A stretch of DNA of 63,362 bases, the filler included, from Cercozoa sp. M6MM (Eukaryota; Protista; Endomyxa: Ascetosporea): NCBI GenBank assembly GCA_040357565.1. It is 9 parts of 9 records of this genome, joined end to end, with 100 filler letters (N's around TTAATTAATTAA, not from the genome) between each part and the next. Parts side by side here need not be neighbours in the genome. Positions count along the whole stretch, not along the records: positions 45,545 to 51,068 come from JBDODJ010000892.1; positions 51,169 to 52,285 come from JBDODJ010002164.1; positions 52,386 to 56,124 come from JBDODJ010001330.1; positions 56,225 to 63,362 come from JBDODJ010000654.1; 5 more parts are not named here. One strand, 5' to 3'. Numbering within the stretch: the first letter of the stretch is position 1; every line of letters starts with the position of its first letter. This document shows, one piece after another, positions 49,702 to 60,804 of this stretch. The notes beneath the pieces are model-generated. The model made no database searches. It was not told where the DNA came from and saw only the letters and a program-made list of their open reading frames with translations. The position numbers and the translations under genes are program-made.

Positions 49702-49965
49702 CGAAGTTGGTGCTTTTGGAAATGTTATCACGGGACGCGGTGCTGACGATGGCGCGCTTTGAGGCCCAGCCCATGTTATTACCGCGCCAATTAAGTCTGT
49801 CACACAGACATCGAAAGATGCGAATCGGCGATCTGCACAAAAAGTTTATTAATTAAACTGATACTGACCGTCGACATCAACTGCTAAATAAGGAGAAGCC
49901 AGCCTGATTCAATTTTGTGCAGTTCTGGAGCGCCTTGCTGTCTGACTTGTGCACGATTGGCTAAC

Positions 49966-50552
49966 ATGAATACTGTCAGCGCGATGGAAGAGCTGCTGGA
50001 ACGCGGCCGGCCAGATGGAAGACAACCAACGTTCGAGGATTGTTCGTTTTTCATTTTCCTTGGCGTTCGCGCGTTATAAATCACAGCGCGTTATCTCGGT
50101 ACTTATAGCGTTTGTCCTGCTCGACAAGGACGGGGAAGACTTGGATCTAGACACCAACATCGACCAAAGCGGATGGGTCGAATTCAATAAGGCTGCTTGC
50201 CTCGGGAGCGGAGCGCGAGCCAAAGTTTACAGGGTGCGCCACAAACATGTGGGACGGTCGGTAGAGAATCGGTTTGCAGCCAAGCCTGTGCCCGTCTATA
50301 AAACGGGGAAAGCAACCAGGTGGTGTCAGCCAGAGGATGCAGATCGTCAAGCCCGCAAAACCGCCAATGAGAATCTTGAGTACCCATGTCGCGAGATGCG
50401 CATTATGTCGGAGTAACTTCTTCTCAATGAGAGTGTGTGTCTGTGTCTGTGTCTGTGTGTCTGTGTGTCTGTCTGTGTCTGTGTCTGTGTCTGTGTCTGT
50501 GTGTCTGTGTGTCTGTGTGTCTGTGTGTCTGTGTCTGTGTCTGTGTGCGAGT

Positions 50553-50637
<85 letters not shown>

Positions 50638-50997
50638 CAGCGAGCATGCTCCGTGTGTTTCATTTAGACTGAGCCATGCGCTGCACCCACATATCATCAA
50701 GTACTTTGGCTCGTGTCTGCTAAGGGCAGATCAGACTGCGGAAGAATCTGATCGAAAACCCGTTGAAATGTTTCTGTTCGTATATTTTTCTTTGCCCACT
50801 CACTTTCTTTTCCTTGTGCCTTTGAATTGTGTTCGCTGTCAGATGGAGTTGTGTGATACAACGCTTGGCCAGGTGCCTGACGATGTTCCTGAAACGCAGC
50901 GCTACCGTTGGCTGCTGCAGCTCGCAAGTGCCATTCAGCACATGCACAAACTCAACATCGTGCACAACGATCTTTCGAATACCAAAAACGTCTTCCT
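49966..50997 (+). CDS. Protein kinase, N-terminal part, atypical catalytic loop
   Basis: LGSGARAKVY, FAAK, REMRIM, HPHIIKYFGS, MELCDTTL, IQHMHKLNIVHNDLSNTKNVFL; cut at contig end. Confidence 0.9.
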
Positions 50998-51036
50998 GTA
51001 AGTTCATCTGCCGCTGTTGTGTACCTTTTAATTTCG

Positions 51037-51068
<32 letters not shown>

Positions 51069-51192
51069 NNNNNNNNNNNNNNNNNNNNNNNNNNNNNNNN
51101 NNNNNNNNNNNNTTAATTAATTAANNNNNNNNNNNNNNNNNNNNNNNNNNNNNNNNNNNNNNNNNNNNCCCCCCCCCCCTGTTTATTTGCAG

Positions 51193-52184
51193 GTGAGCGA
51201 GGCCGACTGCAGCGAGTTGCGAGGTACTCTCTCTCTATCACTGTCTCAGTGGCCACGTGACTGACCACGTGACTGACTGAGGAGTGACCACGTGACTGAG
51301 TGACCACGTGAGTGACCACGTGACTTGCACGTGCGCAGAGGCACTGAGTTTCTCGAAGCGAAACGACGCGCAGCACAAAGTTCTGCGCCGCGTGCTGACG
51401 CTCCTGTTCGAGTGTACCGCTGCCTTAACGAAAAATACCGCATGTGTTAAATTAAGGCTGCGGTGTGTGTGTGTGATTAAAGGTGCGGCGGACAAGGATC
51501 TGGCACCGTCGGGCCTGCCGTTTCTGGAGGGTCTGGCGCTGCATGCCGCCATGCTGGCCACGGGCGACGAGCGCAACACGTCGCCTTCGGGTATTACCCC
51601 CCCTGTCCCTGTCTCTGTCCCTGTCCCTGTCCCTGTCCCTGTCACTTGGCACGTGTCCGCCCACTTGGCACGTGTCTGACTCAACTGCACTGTGCAGGTG
51701 ACGCACGTGTGCTCAGTGTGACGATTCCCATCACGGTGGGTTTACCCCCCCCTGACCCCCTTTACCCCCCCCTGTTTATTCCGTTGGTGACAGGCGTGTA
51801 TCGAGGCCATGCAGTCGATCGAGATGTACCCCCCCCTTAGCCCCCTTACCCCCCTACCCCCCTTTACCCCCCTTACCCCCCTCCTTTACCCCCTACCCCT
51901 TCGGTCAGTCGCGTGGCCGAGGCAGCGGCGACGTTCTTGGACGACTTTGTCTGCGCCGTCGCCACGCTGCGGTAGCACGTGACCCTCAGTGAGCACGTGG
52001 CCCTCAGTGAGCACGTGGCCCACTGAGTGTGACCCTCAGTGAGCACGTGGCCCACTGCGTGAGTGAGTGAGTGAGTGAGTGAGCACGTGCGCAGCCAGGA
52101 GGACGGCGACCTGCTGCACTGCGCCTCGTTGGTGGACGTGCTGCACAACGTGGTTCCTCTGGCCACGCAGTGCGGCCAGCAGGC
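51193..52184 (+). CDS. Internal fragment of a large HEAT protein, probably TRRAP/Tra1
   Basis: HKVLRRVLTLLFE|..AADKDLAPSGLPFLEGLALHAAML resembles, from recall, TRRAP ..IKDLRPSALPFVASLIRHYTM. Confidence 0.5.
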
Positions 52185-52423
52185 GTACCGTTTATACCCC
52201 CCTGTTTACCCCCCTGTTTACCTCCTGTTTACCCCCTGTTTACCCCCCCCTGTTTACCCCCTGTTTACCCCCTGTTTACCCCCTGNNNNNNNNNNNNNNN
52301 NNNNNNNNNNNNNNNNNNNNNNNNNNNNNTTAATTAATTAANNNNNNNNNNNNNNNNNNNNNNNNNNNNNNNNNNNNNNNNNNNNTAGGGGGTTAAAAGG
52401 GGTGAAACTGCCCGACTGTGCAG

Positions 52424-54040
52424 CACTTTGCCGGACAAGAGATGAAGTCGCAGATGCGGCGGTACGAGAAGTCACTCAACAGCGAGGACAAAAAGGACGC
52501 CAGCGACATGGTTGCCATGATGGCCGACTTGCATGCCACTTCGGCCGGTCTCAAGGTTGTCCCTGCCCCCACCACCTCCTTTACCCCCCCCCTCTCCCTT
52601 TTCCCCCCCCCCCCCCCTCCCCCCAGAGGTGTGGATGAGTGCCGCCTGCGATGCGGTGGCCATGGTTTCTCCAAGGCGTCGGGTCTGCCTGCCATCTCGA
52701 ACTACTACCATGCCCAGCGGTACTATTTTTCTAGAGGGTAGGGAAAGGCTTCAACTTCCCAATGTGTCCACAGCATTGTCGAAGGCGACCACGTGATTCT
52801 GTGTCTCCAGACCGCTCGATTCTTGGTAGCAAAATGGCTGGGGTAAAGGGGGTAAAGGGGTAAAACTCCTTGACATGCAGTTCCGTCGCTACGCGGACTT
52901 CCAAGCGAAGCGTCCGTCGTTCGAATATTTCGCATTCGACCGCGTCCGCGCGGATGCCGACATTGACAACGCCGAGACGCAGCTGCAGCTGTTCGGTCTG
53001 CGTGCCAAGCATCTGATCGCTGCCACTTCCGCGCGGATCAAGACCGAGGAGGCCGCAGGTACTTTCTCCTTGATACATGTGTATTTTGGATGTATAAATT
53101 GAACTGAGGCTGTGTGTGTGTGTTTAATTAAACTCTGTCTCTTTAATTAAGGGTGATATACGTTGAATTAAACGTGTGTTTTGGTTGAAAGGGGCCGATG
53201 CATTCGAGGTGCAGAATCGGTCCATGGTGGCGCGTGTGCGCATGGTCGAGGCGCACTGTCGCTTCGTCATTCTGCGCGACTTTGTGCTGGGCGTGCAGGT
53301 GCGTTTACCCCCCCCCCCCCCCCACCCGATCCCTTCTTGTACTTTTACCCTCCAGACGGCGCTGCAAGAAGGCAAGGTCGACAAGAGTACTGCCAAAGTG
53401 GTACCTGCAGGCTTATGATGGGTGAAGGGGTAAGATGGGGTAAAGAGGGGGTATGGGGGTATAACTGCAGTTGCGCAAGCTGCGCGCCGTGTTTGCGCTG
53501 CACGAAATCGCCGACTGCAGCGGCGACTTTTTGGAGGCCGAGTTGATGTCGCCTGCCATGTATCTTTACCCTCGCCCCTTTACCCCCTTTACCCCCCTCT
53601 CCCAATGCAGGGTCGCTGAGGCACGTGAACTCTTGCTCAAGCATCTTCGGTAGCTTCCTTACCCCCCCCCCCCCCCTTCCCCCTTTCCCCCCCCCCCCCA
53701 GTGAGCTACGCACGGAAGCGGTGGCGCTGTGTGACGCCTGGGCGCATCCAGACTTCTTGCTCAACTCGGTAGCTGTTTTACTCCACCTCACACCCTTTCC
53801 CTCTTTACCCCCCAACAGTGCCTGGGTCGTTTCGATGGCCGTGTCTACGAGGCGTTGTTCGAATTCGCCACCAAATCGCCGCTCACGCAGAAGGTCGGCC
53901 TTGTTCTTACTGTTCCACATTATCCCCTTATTACGTTACTCCCGGTATAGGTGCTGGCCGGCGGTCACATGCCCGGCTTTGAAGAAAGCGTGCTCCCGCT
54001 GCTCAACGGAGAGTTCATGCAGCGCATCGCGTCGCTTTAG
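52424..54040 (+). CDS. ACOX: Peroxisomal acyl-CoA oxidase, C-terminal half
   Basis: LHATSAGLK, DECRLRCGGHGFSKASGLP, IVEGDHVILCLQTARFL, LRTEAVALCDAW..DFLLNS|CLGRFDGRVYEALF; ends in PTS1-like -ASL. Confidence 0.93.
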
Positions 54041-54351
54041 TCTAAGTCGGGTAGAGTACGGGCACTGCACTTGCAAACCCACCGCAAGCCGCTAACGCCA
54101 CTAACGTAACGTAATGTATAATGTACAGTAATGTGACTAGTACGGTTTAACACGACGAGAAAGAACGGAACCGTGGTTAAGCCTAACGTAGGAAGCAAAG
54201 CAACTGACAGCGCAAGCAGAACTACTGTAAGCTCGACTTTCGCTAGAGTGCTGTCCATCAATACGATAATTGACTAGCCAGGAACGATACAGTAGATTAA
54301 CTGACTGTTCATTAAACTTACTGTTCCACAACCTTGAAGATGTCCTCACAG

Positions 54352-54487
54352 AGGAAATTTCAAAAGGGGAGCTGAATGGCCTCACCCTAAGCAAGCGGGT
54401 GGTGGACTACGGCCATGCGCTTGTGACTCACCCCAGGGGTATAGGGAATCTACATACTAGTTGATTTTTGAAAAGACTGAACTAACT
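54352..54487 (+). mobile_element. Retroposon family copy E (divergent; may extend 5' to ~54322)
   Basis: AAAGGGGAGCTGAATGGCCTCACCCTAAGC..ACGGCCATGCGCTTGTGACTCACCCC..AAAAGACTGAACTAACT aligns with the reverse complement of copies A/B; no clear TSD. Confidence 0.82.
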
Positions 54488-54699
54488 CCAGGGTCTACTG
54501 GCGATCGCCTCTGCTTCAGTTGAGAGATTGAGTTTGTACTTTCGCCTCCGTCTGGCGTCAATGGTGGAGTCAGCTGTCAGCACTACCGAAGACCCCCAGT
54601 TCGCCGTTGGTTGCTTCAGCTCATCGCATGCAAAGTGCACCGCACCAACTGAAAGTAAATGAAATGTACCGATAGGCACATGTAAATTTAGTCAAGTAT

Positions 54700-54764
54700 G
54701 CGGCCCACCGCAGGGTTGGTACAGGGAAACTACACAGTTGGTTTCTTAGTAAACTGAACTAACT
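54700..54764 (+). mobile_element. Retroposon family copy D (65 bp, 5'-truncated)
   Basis: GGTACAGGGAAACTACACAGTTGGTTTCTTAGTAAACTGAACTAACT; 11-bp direct repeat TAGTCAAGTAT at 54689-54699 and 54770-54780. Confidence 0.83.
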
Positions 54765-54810
54765 ACATGTAGTCAAGTATTCGACCACCCAGTCGGCCGT
54801 TACGTTAGGT

Positions 54811-56012
54811 TCACGTTGCAACGTCTGATTGGTCCGAGTCGTGTTCGATTTGAAGTTGAAGCGATTCGTGCGGCGGTTCAGTGCCGAGCTGCACGACACA
54901 GAACTGCTGCGAGAGTGCGTCGATTAGGCACTCGAAGTCGAAGTCAAACTGCGTCGGCATGCGCTGAAACCGATGAGTTTCATAGGTGTCGATCCTGAGT
55001 TGTTGCAGGCGGCACAGAGTGCGCGAGACGAGTTCGCTGAGGAAACGACTGCCCATGAGTTCACTCGCAGTGGCCGCGAACAGGCCGTTGTCTCGACCGT
55101 TGCCCTACCCGTAAACTTGTTCAGTCCCAATCAAGCAGATTAAAGTGAAACACACCACGAAAGAGTAGATAAGATCGACAACGTCGACAGGTAGGATGCC
55201 TTCGCCACACACGTCATCGCACACATGCAACAGCAGCGCATGTGACTGCTGAATGACACGCTTCAACACGTACTGCACGAGTTGCATCATCATGTCGGTC
55301 AGCAGTGCGCGTTCGGCAGCGTCATCTGCTACTTCGGCTGCTGCATCGTCTTCTGCACCGTATGTTAACGCTGGCGTATGAGATGTCTCATCATCTGTGT
55401 CATCAACTGCCTGCTCAGTCTGCGGCAGCTGCTTTTGCGGCATCTCAGTGATACCTACATGTACTTGTACAAAAGAGTACATCACAGTGAGAACAATACG
55501 CACCAGAGAGCAAGAGCATCCACAGCAGATGATGCACCTCCTTGATTGCGGGGGGAGTCAACACGACACGCTGACCGCGAGTCTGACTGTGCAGCAGACG
55601 GCGTTGCAGGAAACACGAGTGCGCTGCAAGAGTGCCCTCCCATGCTTCCTGATTCTTCGCAGGTGACACCAGTCGTCGCACAGAGGTGAAGATTCGAGCG
55701 AAGTCATGGAGCGAGCGACGCAGCTGGCACGAGTAGCGAAACTCACTTGCGCAGTCTCCGCCCAGTGCCCAAACATTAACTGACAGTTTCACTCGGCTTG
55801 CTGCTCAGTGTGGCACATACACATATAATACTCCGCATATCTTATCAGACTCAAACAATGAACTGAAGATTTGAAGAAGGTACAAAGCATGTGTAGCACT
55901 CTCAGTGCGACATCAATATCTGTCTGTGTCGATTCGGCACACCGTGTGAGAAAGGCTGCCGCCAACAACGACACTGGCTTCAGTGAGGCGTGTAATTGCT
56001 CCTTGCATTCTT
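54811..56012 (-). CDS. Hypothetical helical protein, C-terminal part
   Basis: Four consecutive GT-AG-bounded exons ending ..DSDQSDVAT-stop. Confidence 0.62.
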
Positions 56013-56029
56013 CTGCAAGGCAAAAACAT

Positions 56030-56124
<95 letters not shown>

Positions 56125-56301
56125 NNNNNNNNNNNNNNNNNNNNNNNNNNNNNNNNNNNNNNNNNNNNTTAATTAATTAANNNNNNNNNNNNNNNNNNNN
56201 NNNNNNNNNNNNNNNNNNNNNNNNACACACACACACACACATACACACACACACACATACACACACACACACATACACACATACACACATACACACATAC
56301 A

Positions 56302-56344
<43 letters not shown>

Positions 56345-56381
56345 ACACATGTTGTATGTGTATACACTAAGTTTGGTATAC

Positions 56382-56450
56382 CTCGAGTTCCAAATCAGAG
56401 CCGAGCAGCGCAATGTTGGAGTCAGCGATCTTCACTTGCGAGGCGGACAT
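56382..56450 (-). CDS. Gelsolin/severin/fragmin-family actin-binding protein, first exon only
   Basis: MSASQVKIADSNIALLGSDLELE followed by a GT donor; DSNIALLGSD is the characteristic N-terminus of three-domain gelsolin-like proteins. Confidence 0.75.
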
Positions 56451-56451
56451 C

Positions 56452-56495
<44 letters not shown>

Positions 56496-57152
56496 TCGGA
56501 GGCTGCTTAAAACAGCGCAATAACAAATAGCATGGATATTTGATGAAGAGCTGCAAAACAGCAACAATAAAAAGGGCTCAGGCCCCCTTGGTTGGTGCAT
56601 GTCTGCCAGCACAGGCCTCTGCCTGGCTGCACTAGGGTATTTCTTAGTACCTGAGCTAGCAAAATGCAAAGAAATTACGGTCAAAAAGCAAGAAACTGTT
56701 TCCGGGCACGGGTTTCAAGCTTGAGTCAGAGTAGGTTGACCAACCCCGACTCTGGCTCGTGAAGTCCAGCACGATTGAGCGATCGACTGATCATTATTAT
56801 ATTATCATCATCTTCTGATGTTGTGCTGCACATTGGGCTTGTAAAACTTGTGCGGAAAAATTACTAATGCATGAAGGAGAGATGTGCTTTTGTTGTTTTA
56901 TGATAAAACCTGGGAAAAACGCCGCGCAACACCGACGCGAAACACAATTTTTGGAGGACATGCATCATATACTTGTACTGTCTCTTAACAGCCCTTCGTT
57001 TGCATACAGCCAACATATTATTGTCGTAAACCAGCGCAGTGAAGCATGCTGTCACGCCGCTCGCAACAGGTACACTTGCCAACATTTGTTTTGAACAACT
57101 GAACTTCCACACTGGTCAATTGGAGCAGCCTCACTTTTCGCCACCCTCGGCA

Positions 57153-57920
57153 ATGTCCCGAGGGTATCAAATGTCTACTTTAGGTGTTTCTAGCATGATG
57201 CGCAATGTGCCTATTACTGCCGGTTTGGGTAGTTCATCCTCCAGTTGGAGAAGTACCGTGACTTCCTACAAGTCGCAGCTGTCACCCTTGGCATGCAAGC
57301 CAAAGTCAGCTGCTGCATATCGACACGTCCAAGTGGGTATGATTTTCTCGCTTGGTTGCTATTGCACGAATTAAGCACTGGTCTTTGGTGAGGCAGTTTT
57401 GGGAACTGCCATTGCTGCATTAATCCTGTTCTCTGCGCTTCTCGTGTACTTCTGGGCACGCATGACCGCGCTCGGCTCCCAGGTGCAAACACAAAGCGGT
57501 ACACTCGCGACGCTTCAAACCGCATTGGCGAGTGAGCGCGTCGAGGTTACTCGCAATGCGAATGGTATCATGCGCTCGTTTATCTCATCGAAGTTGCCTC
57601 CGTCTCTTTCTTTCTCTCATTCGTTCCACTTTGTCTGCACAGAAGTAATGAAACTGCAAGCGGAATTGAAGCGGTTTCGTGAAACCATCTCCGTTTCTCA
57701 AAGTAGTCACGTCGCTGGTGTCGCTTCGGCGACACCGCGTGATGTGTACGCAGACAACATTCCTGTTTACGGTACAATCAATTTTATCATGAGCTATGAT
57801 ACTGCATCTCAATCTGTGAAGTGTGCGATTTTGTACTGCCGTTGTTTTGGGACGTAGGCGAACGCTGAATAACTATCGTACTCACACCAGATAACGAGAT
57901 TTGAAAAGATACCAAGATGA
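57153..57920 (+). CDS. Hypothetical type II single-pass membrane protein with coiled coil
   Basis: LGTAIAALILFSALLVYFW followed by heptads TLATLQTALASER..EVMKLQAELKRF; end approximate. Confidence 0.6.
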
Positions 57921-58019
57921 AATTCAGAGGGGTTATGGAGCATCTTAACCGTGAAATAAACTAAGGAAGATGTCTGTTCGTGTTAGTAGCTCCTTCGTCA
58001 AGACCACTTCCCAGTTTGG

Positions 58020-58072
58020 TCCAAAGAGACCAGTGCCTTAAACTGGCGCCTAGACCGCTCGGCCACCTGATC
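58020..58072 (-). pseudogene. tRNA-Leu(AAG) 5' fragment (acceptor 5' strand to variable arm)
   Basis: GATCAGG-TGGCCGAGCGGTCTAGGCG-CCAGT-TTAAGGC-ACTGG-TCTCTTTGGA; perfect anticodon stem; no T arm follows. Confidence 0.82.
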
Positions 58073-58078
58073 CGCAGA

Positions 58079-58107
58079 AATCGAACCCGGGGCCACCTCG
58101 TTGGCAA
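58079..58107 (-). pseudogene. tRNA-Gly(GCC)-like 3' fragment (anticodon loop to T loop)
   Basis: TTGCCAA-CGAGG-TGGCC-CCGGG-TTCGATT; 5' half absent. Confidence 0.65.
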
Positions 58108-58292
58108 TCTAGAAATTTGCGTTGGGACATTTTCTAGAATTCTGGTTACCGTTAGTCGAGTAGCAATTTTCTAGAAGTGGCCAGCCTGGGCTAGATCGAC
58201 GGACTGGGCACGTGACGTGAACCGCACAACTGAGCGACAACGGTGACCTAGCTAGCTAGCACGCAGCGGCAGTACTATGAGCTAGGACTCGA

Positions 58293-59417
58293 CTAGGATA
58301 CAGTTCCGGTGCCCGTGGTGCTGCTGCTGCTGGAGGTGTGCGGCGTACCAGCCTCCTCGGGTTTGCTGACCTCGTCGCTGTCCACAGGGGCAGTCTCCTG
58401 CTGCGGTGATGATTGCTCAGCTACCCCTGGCTCTTCCTGCTGTGGCTGCTTGCCCTGGCCTTCTGATTGCGGCTGCGACGGTTCTTCATTGCTGTTATTG
58501 TAGTTGTTGTTGACATTGGTGTGACTGACCTCGGAGACCTCTTGTTCCGAATCGAACGGCATCTGCTCCAGGGATACCGACGAAATGGTGCGCTCGTGGC
58601 GCGAGTGACTGCTGCCCACCGGAACCGAGGCGATACGTGCCACCATCGGACGCCTGGTTCATATACATACATATATGTGTATGCAAGACAGGTAGATAGA
58701 CCGACAGGGAAAGAGGGGACACCTGCCACCACTCGCCGAGGTATCGGCGCTGCCTGACGAGGCCGATTTGGCCGTGCGCGGGTAAGGTCCCGATGCGCGG
58801 GAGCTCGAGAAACTGAGTGAGAAACTCATGCGGCGCTGCGGGTTGCTGCGCGACACCATGTCGCTTGTGACGACCTGAGCACACCCAAACCCACAGTGAA
58901 GCATACACACATGCCCCATAAAGTCTGTTTATATAGAGGAAGTGATGGGTACATCAAGGTCGTCATGTGGAGGTGTCGCACTGAGCAGCCTCTGTATCCA
59001 GTTGACCTGCTCGGCCTGCGACGGAGCGGCCAGGAAGTAGGTTCGGCGGTACACAATGGCGTCGTTGAAGCGGCGAGCCGCTACGTACACACGGGAAGGG
59101 GGTTAAACAGCCATGCGTCAATAGACGAGTCAGTGAGAGCAGCAAGAAAAACCGTAGGCGGCGACAGTGAAGACATGGTGCTTGCCGGCGAAGAAGTCGT
59201 CGTCGCCGTCAGCGCCAGAGCTGTCAATGCCGCCGCTGAGCTCGTCACCGCGCGACTTGTACTCGCCCTGAAGTGTAGATACGCACACACGCTCTTTCTC
59301 TCTCCTCTCAGCACGAGGAAGATGAGACATGGATGAGAGAGGCACCTTGTCCACCTGCGCCTTTCGCGTGCGCAGAAACTCGCCGTATCTTACAGTTTCA
59401 CTGCCTCGCAACTACAA

Positions 59418-59468
<51 letters not shown>

Positions 59469-60564
59469 ATGGAGAGGCAGTCTGCTGTGCTGTGCTGTCT
59501 GTGTACCTTGATGCTGCCTTGTGACAAAGAGAAGGCAACACCGGGTTCGTCGCGAGCGATGCGACAGAACTTGACGGCGTCAACGGCATTGATGAAGTAG
59601 AAGACTTCACCTGCACCAGGACGCGTACACAATGCGCTCACGATACAAATGAAAGAACGCACTCCTCTCGCCGTCAAGGAGACAGAAGCGCCGCTTCCAC
59701 TGCGTGTTCGACCTGCCGCGCTTCATCAGGTAGCCACCTACAGAAATGAGAGTGTTAGAATGCACATGGCAACCTCTTGATCGTCGTTTTTTCTTTGGAC
59801 AGAAACTTACAGCAGGTCGTGTCGACCTTTGGTGGGTTGCGGCCGCGCGCGCCTGCGGCACAGCATAGCATAACACACGCATTAATCAACAAAGAGGCAG
59901 CCGTACTCTTGGCGGCGACCTTTTCGATCCATTCTTCCGCACCCTCTCGCGTCGGTGCCACCTGAGTACACCGCCACACAAGAGTTACAAGGGCACACAC
60001 ACAGACAGACACACCAAAGTGTACGCGAATGTGTGTACTACCAGAGTGACAGTGGCATCACGCATCACGATATCAAAGGCGCATTCTTTCGGCAGCGCTG
60101 CTTCCTGTGCCTCTGCGTCTGCATCACACACACCACACACCCACTCCTGTGCATGCACACACACACTACACAGACAGCCAGCCAGCAGCGCCTACCGGAG
60201 ACATTAGTGTTGCCGAAGAGGGTGCGGAAAAAGCCGCGCGATGCGCCAGAACCAACGCTCTGGCCGTCAGCGGCATCGCTACTGCCGATGTCAACGCTGT
60301 TTACGTCGGCACCGTCGCTAGTCTCCTCCGCACTTGGTCTGTCGACGTCTCCCACAGAAACGATGCGTTTCTTGTTGCTTCGCTTCTTCTCCTTCTTCTG
60401 CTCCAAGCCTACACAAACCCACACGCGTCAAGCTGAGCCAAACAAAGCAACAAACGGAAGAACTGTGCGCGTGTACCCATGGAGGCGAGTTCGGAAGCTC
60501 GAACTCCATCGACTGTTGGACCGCAGAAAATCACCTACGGACGTGCGGCAGTGAAGATGCACAT

Positions 60565-60623
<59 letters not shown>

Positions 60624-60754
60624 CATGGAGTAAACGATGGATACCTCGGACAAATCGTACGTCGCGATGGGCGAAGTTGAGTACACGGCACCCGCAGCAC
60701 GGACGTCGAAAATCTGCAGCTCGCGCTCGCAAATCACGGCCTGCGTTCAAGTTG

Positions 60755-60804
<50 letters not shown>

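Noticed and set aside
53124-53172. TTAATTAA copies in an ACOX intron as hidden linkers
   Set aside because: No N padding and the flanking exons splice in frame; natural AT-rich intron
56726-56811. C/D box snoRNA on the minus strand (ATGATGA..CTGA)
   Set aside because: No convincing terminal stem or recognisable rRNA-antisense element; the C box lies in an ATC/ATT low-complexity run
58020-58107. Functional permuted or split tRNA gene
   Set aside because: Two different anticodon loops, no 3' acceptor strand complementary to GATCAGG, damaged T stem
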